From Candidatus Latescibacterota bacterium (lineage in GTDB: Bacteria; Latescibacterota; UBA2968; GCA-2709665), in NCBI GenBank assembly GCA_965222075.1, contig OZ244937.1:5248001-5312000 (forward strand): DNA of 64,000 nt, read 5' to 3'. Shown piece by piece: positions 61,504 to 64,000 of this stretch (its first letter is position 1; each line of letters begins with the position of its first letter). A program made the translations under genes and the position numbers. The notes under the pieces are model-generated. The model did no database searches. It was not told the DNA's origin and saw nothing but the letters and a program-made list of their open reading frames with translations.

Positions 61504-61513
61504 GGAGATCGCT

Positions 61514-62506
61514 ATGCGGAGCACCTATTCGATCGGATTAGCGGCGGTGTTTGCCGGACTCGTCCTCTCCGCCCCCCCGGCGCTGGCCGACATCGAGGAC
61601 ACGGGCGGCATCTCGAATCAGACGCCGGTGGGCGAGACCTACGTCACCTTCTTAGAGGTGGTGCAGGGGGCGCGCGGTGCCGGGATGGGCGACGCCTTTG
61701 TGGGCGTGGTGGACGACATCAGCGCCGTGTTCTGGAACCCGGCCGGGCTGACGGCCATGCCGAAGAACCGGCTCCAGTTCACGTTCACCAACACGCAGTG
61801 GTTCGTGGATTCGCAGTTCAACTCCGGGGCCGTGGGCGTGAACACCGATTACGGGTCGTTCGCCTTCAGCGTGGTGACGGTCCAACCGCCTGACATGTTG
61901 GAGACAACGATCCTCCAGCCCGCGGGAACGGGACGCACCATAGATTCCGGGAGCTGGGCGGTCGGCGGGGCCTACGCCAAGCAGTTCACGGACCTGTTCT
62001 CCTTAGGCGTCCAGTTCCGGGTGGTCCAGGAAAGGCTGGACACGGGCTTCGACTTCCGGGTGTTTGACATGGCGATCGGGACGAAGTATTACACCGGCTT
62101 CCGGAACCTCCGGGTGGCCATGTCGATACGAAACTTCGGGAGGGATAAGGTCCTGTTTGACAACGGGAGGATCCGGGGCAAGATGCCCGTCATTTTTAGC
62201 GTCGCAACGGCTGCGGAGGTGATCGGAGAGAAGGAGGACCCGGCCTACCTCACAGGCGCCTTCGAGTACCTCTACTCTGTCAGCGTTGAGAGGCGGCTCC
62301 ATTTCGGGGGAGAACTCTGGCTCCGAAACCTCCTGGCGCTGCGAGGGGGGTACAAGTGGAACTACGACGTGCAGGACTTCACGGCCGGGGCTGGGGTAAA
62401 GCTCCAGCGGGGCGTGCACTACATTCGGGTCGATTTCGGCTGGCAAAACATCAAAAACAATCAGTTTGACCCTCCTCTGAGGTTCTCCGTTACGGGGTCG
62501 TTCTGA
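61514..62506 (+). CDS. PorV/PorQ family outer-membrane beta-barrel
   Basis: FLE...GARGAGMGDA, FWNPAGL and LALRGGY motifs; C-terminal F. Confidence 0.85.
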   Translation: MRSTYSIGLAAVFAGLVLSAPPALADIEDTGGISNQTPVGETYVTFLEVVQGARGAGMGDAFVGVVDDISAVFWNPAGLTAMPKNRLQFTFTNTQWFVDSQFNSGAVGVNTDYGSFAFSVVTVQPPDMLETTILQPAGTGRTIDSGSWAVGGAYAKQFTDLFSLGVQFRVVQERLDTGFDFRVFDMAIGTKYYTGFRNLRVAMSIRNFGRDKVLFDNGRIRGKMPVIFSVATAAEVIGEKEDPAYLTGAFEYLYSVSVERRLHFGGELWLRNLLALRGGYKWNYDVQDFTAGAGVKLQRGVHYIRVDFGWQNIKNNQFDPPLRFSVTGSF

Positions 62507-62553
62507 CGTTACGGGTGCGGGAGGGGGGAGTGGTACGCTCTGAGATGAACCCG

Positions 62554-62595
62554 ATAGGCGGCTTTTGTTGATTTCGACAGGCCGCCTATTTACTT
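62554..62595 (+). terminator. Intrinsic terminator
   Basis: ATAGGCGGC...GCCGCCTAT stem followed by TTACTT. Confidence 0.6.
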
Positions 62596-62660
62596 ATGTT
62601 AATCTTTTAGATGTCGTTTTCCGCAGTTTACCCGTTTCACACCAAAGGAAGTGATGGTAT

Positions 62661-64000
62661 ATGGTCGATCGGATATCGGTTTTGCGATGGACGGTGGGAG
62701 GCGTCCTGTGCGCTGTTGTTTTGGGCCTGTGGACGGGGACAGATCTGGCGGCTGAGCGGTTGTCCCCGGCGGCCATTGATTCGCTTTACAGCCGGGCGAA
62801 ATATCTGGATGCCCGGGGCGTTCGTGCGCTGGCGAGGAGACTGGAAGGCGCCGTACCCTACTACCCCGAGAGTGCGGGCCTGCTGACCCGGATCGGGATG
62901 CTCTATTTGCGGGTGGGAGAGGCCGGCAGCGCGCGCTCGGCGTTTCAGCGGGCGATCGAGAAAGATCCCGGGCGGGCGACTGCACACTGTGGATTGGGGC
63001 GCATCCACCTGGAACTGGAGGACGATCCCAGGGGGGCGCTGCCCCACCTGCAGGCGGCTGTGGCGGCCGATTCCACGTATACCTGGCCCCCCTATTTCCT
63101 GGCACGGGCGCTGGCGCAGATCGGTCAAGGCCACCTGCAAGAAGGAGCGGCCGACAGCGCACGCTCGACGTTCCAACAGGCGGTCGGGTACGATCCGAAG
63201 CTAACTGCTACGCACTTCGGCTTAGGACGCGTCTACTTAGAGCTGGAGGAGGACCCGAAGGGGGCGCTGCCCCACCTGCAGGCGGCTGTGGCGGCCGATT
63301 CCACAAATGCCGACGCGCACTACTTTCTGGCCCGGGCCTACCGGGAGATTGGGCGGCCGGAGGCGAGGAAGGCGGCGGACCGGGCGATCCGGTACGACCC
63401 GATGTATGCGCCGGCTTATCTGCTGCTGGCCCAGTCGTATCAGGAGGAGGACAACCGGCTGGCGATGATGGTCTACTATAAAAAATACCTGGATCTGTTC
63501 CCGAAGGACCAGGAACCGGCGTATGCGTTTGCCCTGGATCTGATGCAGAAGAGGCGGTTCAAGGAGTTGGAAGAGATCACCTCTCTGATGATGGACAGGC
63601 GAGCGCTGCCCCTGCTGGCGCAGGCGCTGATGCGGCGGGGGGACTACGAAGGGGCGGTGCGGGCGTTTGGACACTACGTTGAGACTTTAGATCCGAAGGA
63701 GCAGGAGCTCTACGACGATATTTCGCTGGTGGGGCTGCCCCACGAGGTCGAGGCCTACAAGGCGGCGCCTCCGGAGAAGCGGGAGGCGTTTCTGCGGCAA
63801 TTCTGGCTGCGCCACGATCCGTTCAAGGCCTCCGGAGGGGCCTTGCGCCGTGCAGAGCACTACCGGCGGGTCTGGCACGCCCGGACCTATTACGGGAAGG
63901 TGAAGTCCCCGTGGGATCGCCGCGGAGAGGTCTACACCCGCTACGGGGAGCCCGACTACCGCTCCTCTTCGGAGGATATGAATGCCAAGATCCCCCCCGC
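62661..64000 (+). CDS. TPR-repeat GWxTD-domain protein, 3'-truncated by the window edge
   Basis: Manual translation from ATG 62661 gives a signal-like N-terminus, TPRs and FWLRHDP...EHYRRV...WDRRGEVYTRYGEPD. It is absent from the ORF track because there is no stop in the window. Confidence 0.85.
   Translation, partial: MVDRISVLRWTVGGVLCAVVLGLWTGTDLAAERLSPAAIDSLYSRAKYLDARGVRALARRLEGAVPYYPESAGLLTRIGMLYLRVGEAGSARSAFQRAIEKDPGRATAHCGLGRIHLELEDDPRGALPHLQAAVAADSTYTWPPYFLARALAQIGQGHLQEGAADSARSTFQQAVGYDPKLTATHFGLGRVYLELEEDPKGALPHLQAAVAADSTNADAHYFLARAYREIGRPEARKAADRAIRYDPMYAPAYLLLAQSYQEEDNRLAMMVYYKKYLDLFPKDQEPAYAFALDLMQKRRFKELEEITSLMMDRRALPLLAQALMRRGDYEGAVRAFGHYVETLDPKEQELYDDISLVGLPHEVEAYKAAPPEKREAFLRQFWLRHDPFKASGGALRRAEHYRRVWHARTYYGKVKSPWDRRGEVYTRYGEPDYRSSSEDMNAKIPP

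Overview
GC-rich bacterial window. The gene content (DUF6785 membrane protein, M28-FtsX fusion, TonB receptor + PorV/PorQ, TPR-GWxTD) points to an FCB-group candidate phylum such as Latescibacterota; this is inference. There are four blocks. (1) 1-8348 is a DUF1156 methylase / DUF499 ATPase restriction-like defence locus. Its accessory genes (TA pair, Clp-fold serine protease, OLD-like ATPase) are separated by three copies of the methylase 3' end. (2) 8402-45622 is a long, almost entirely + strand catabolic region (hydrolases, beta-propellers, isomerases, two unusual membrane proteins) with paralog pairs and many gene remnants. (3) 45689-53400 holds a mosaic of gene fragments followed by an integron-like cassette array on the - strand: seven attC-like hairpins, an attI-like site and a decayed, co-oriented tyrosine recombinase lacking the IntI-specific insertion. 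Each cassette has an extended terminal inverted repeat with a conserved G-T mismatch. (4) 53881-64000 holds a methyltransferase, a cupin, a TonB receptor / secreted protein / PorV-family operon and a partial TPR-GWxTD gene. I found no rRNA, tRNA or CRISPR array. All family calls come from motif recognition, not database searches.
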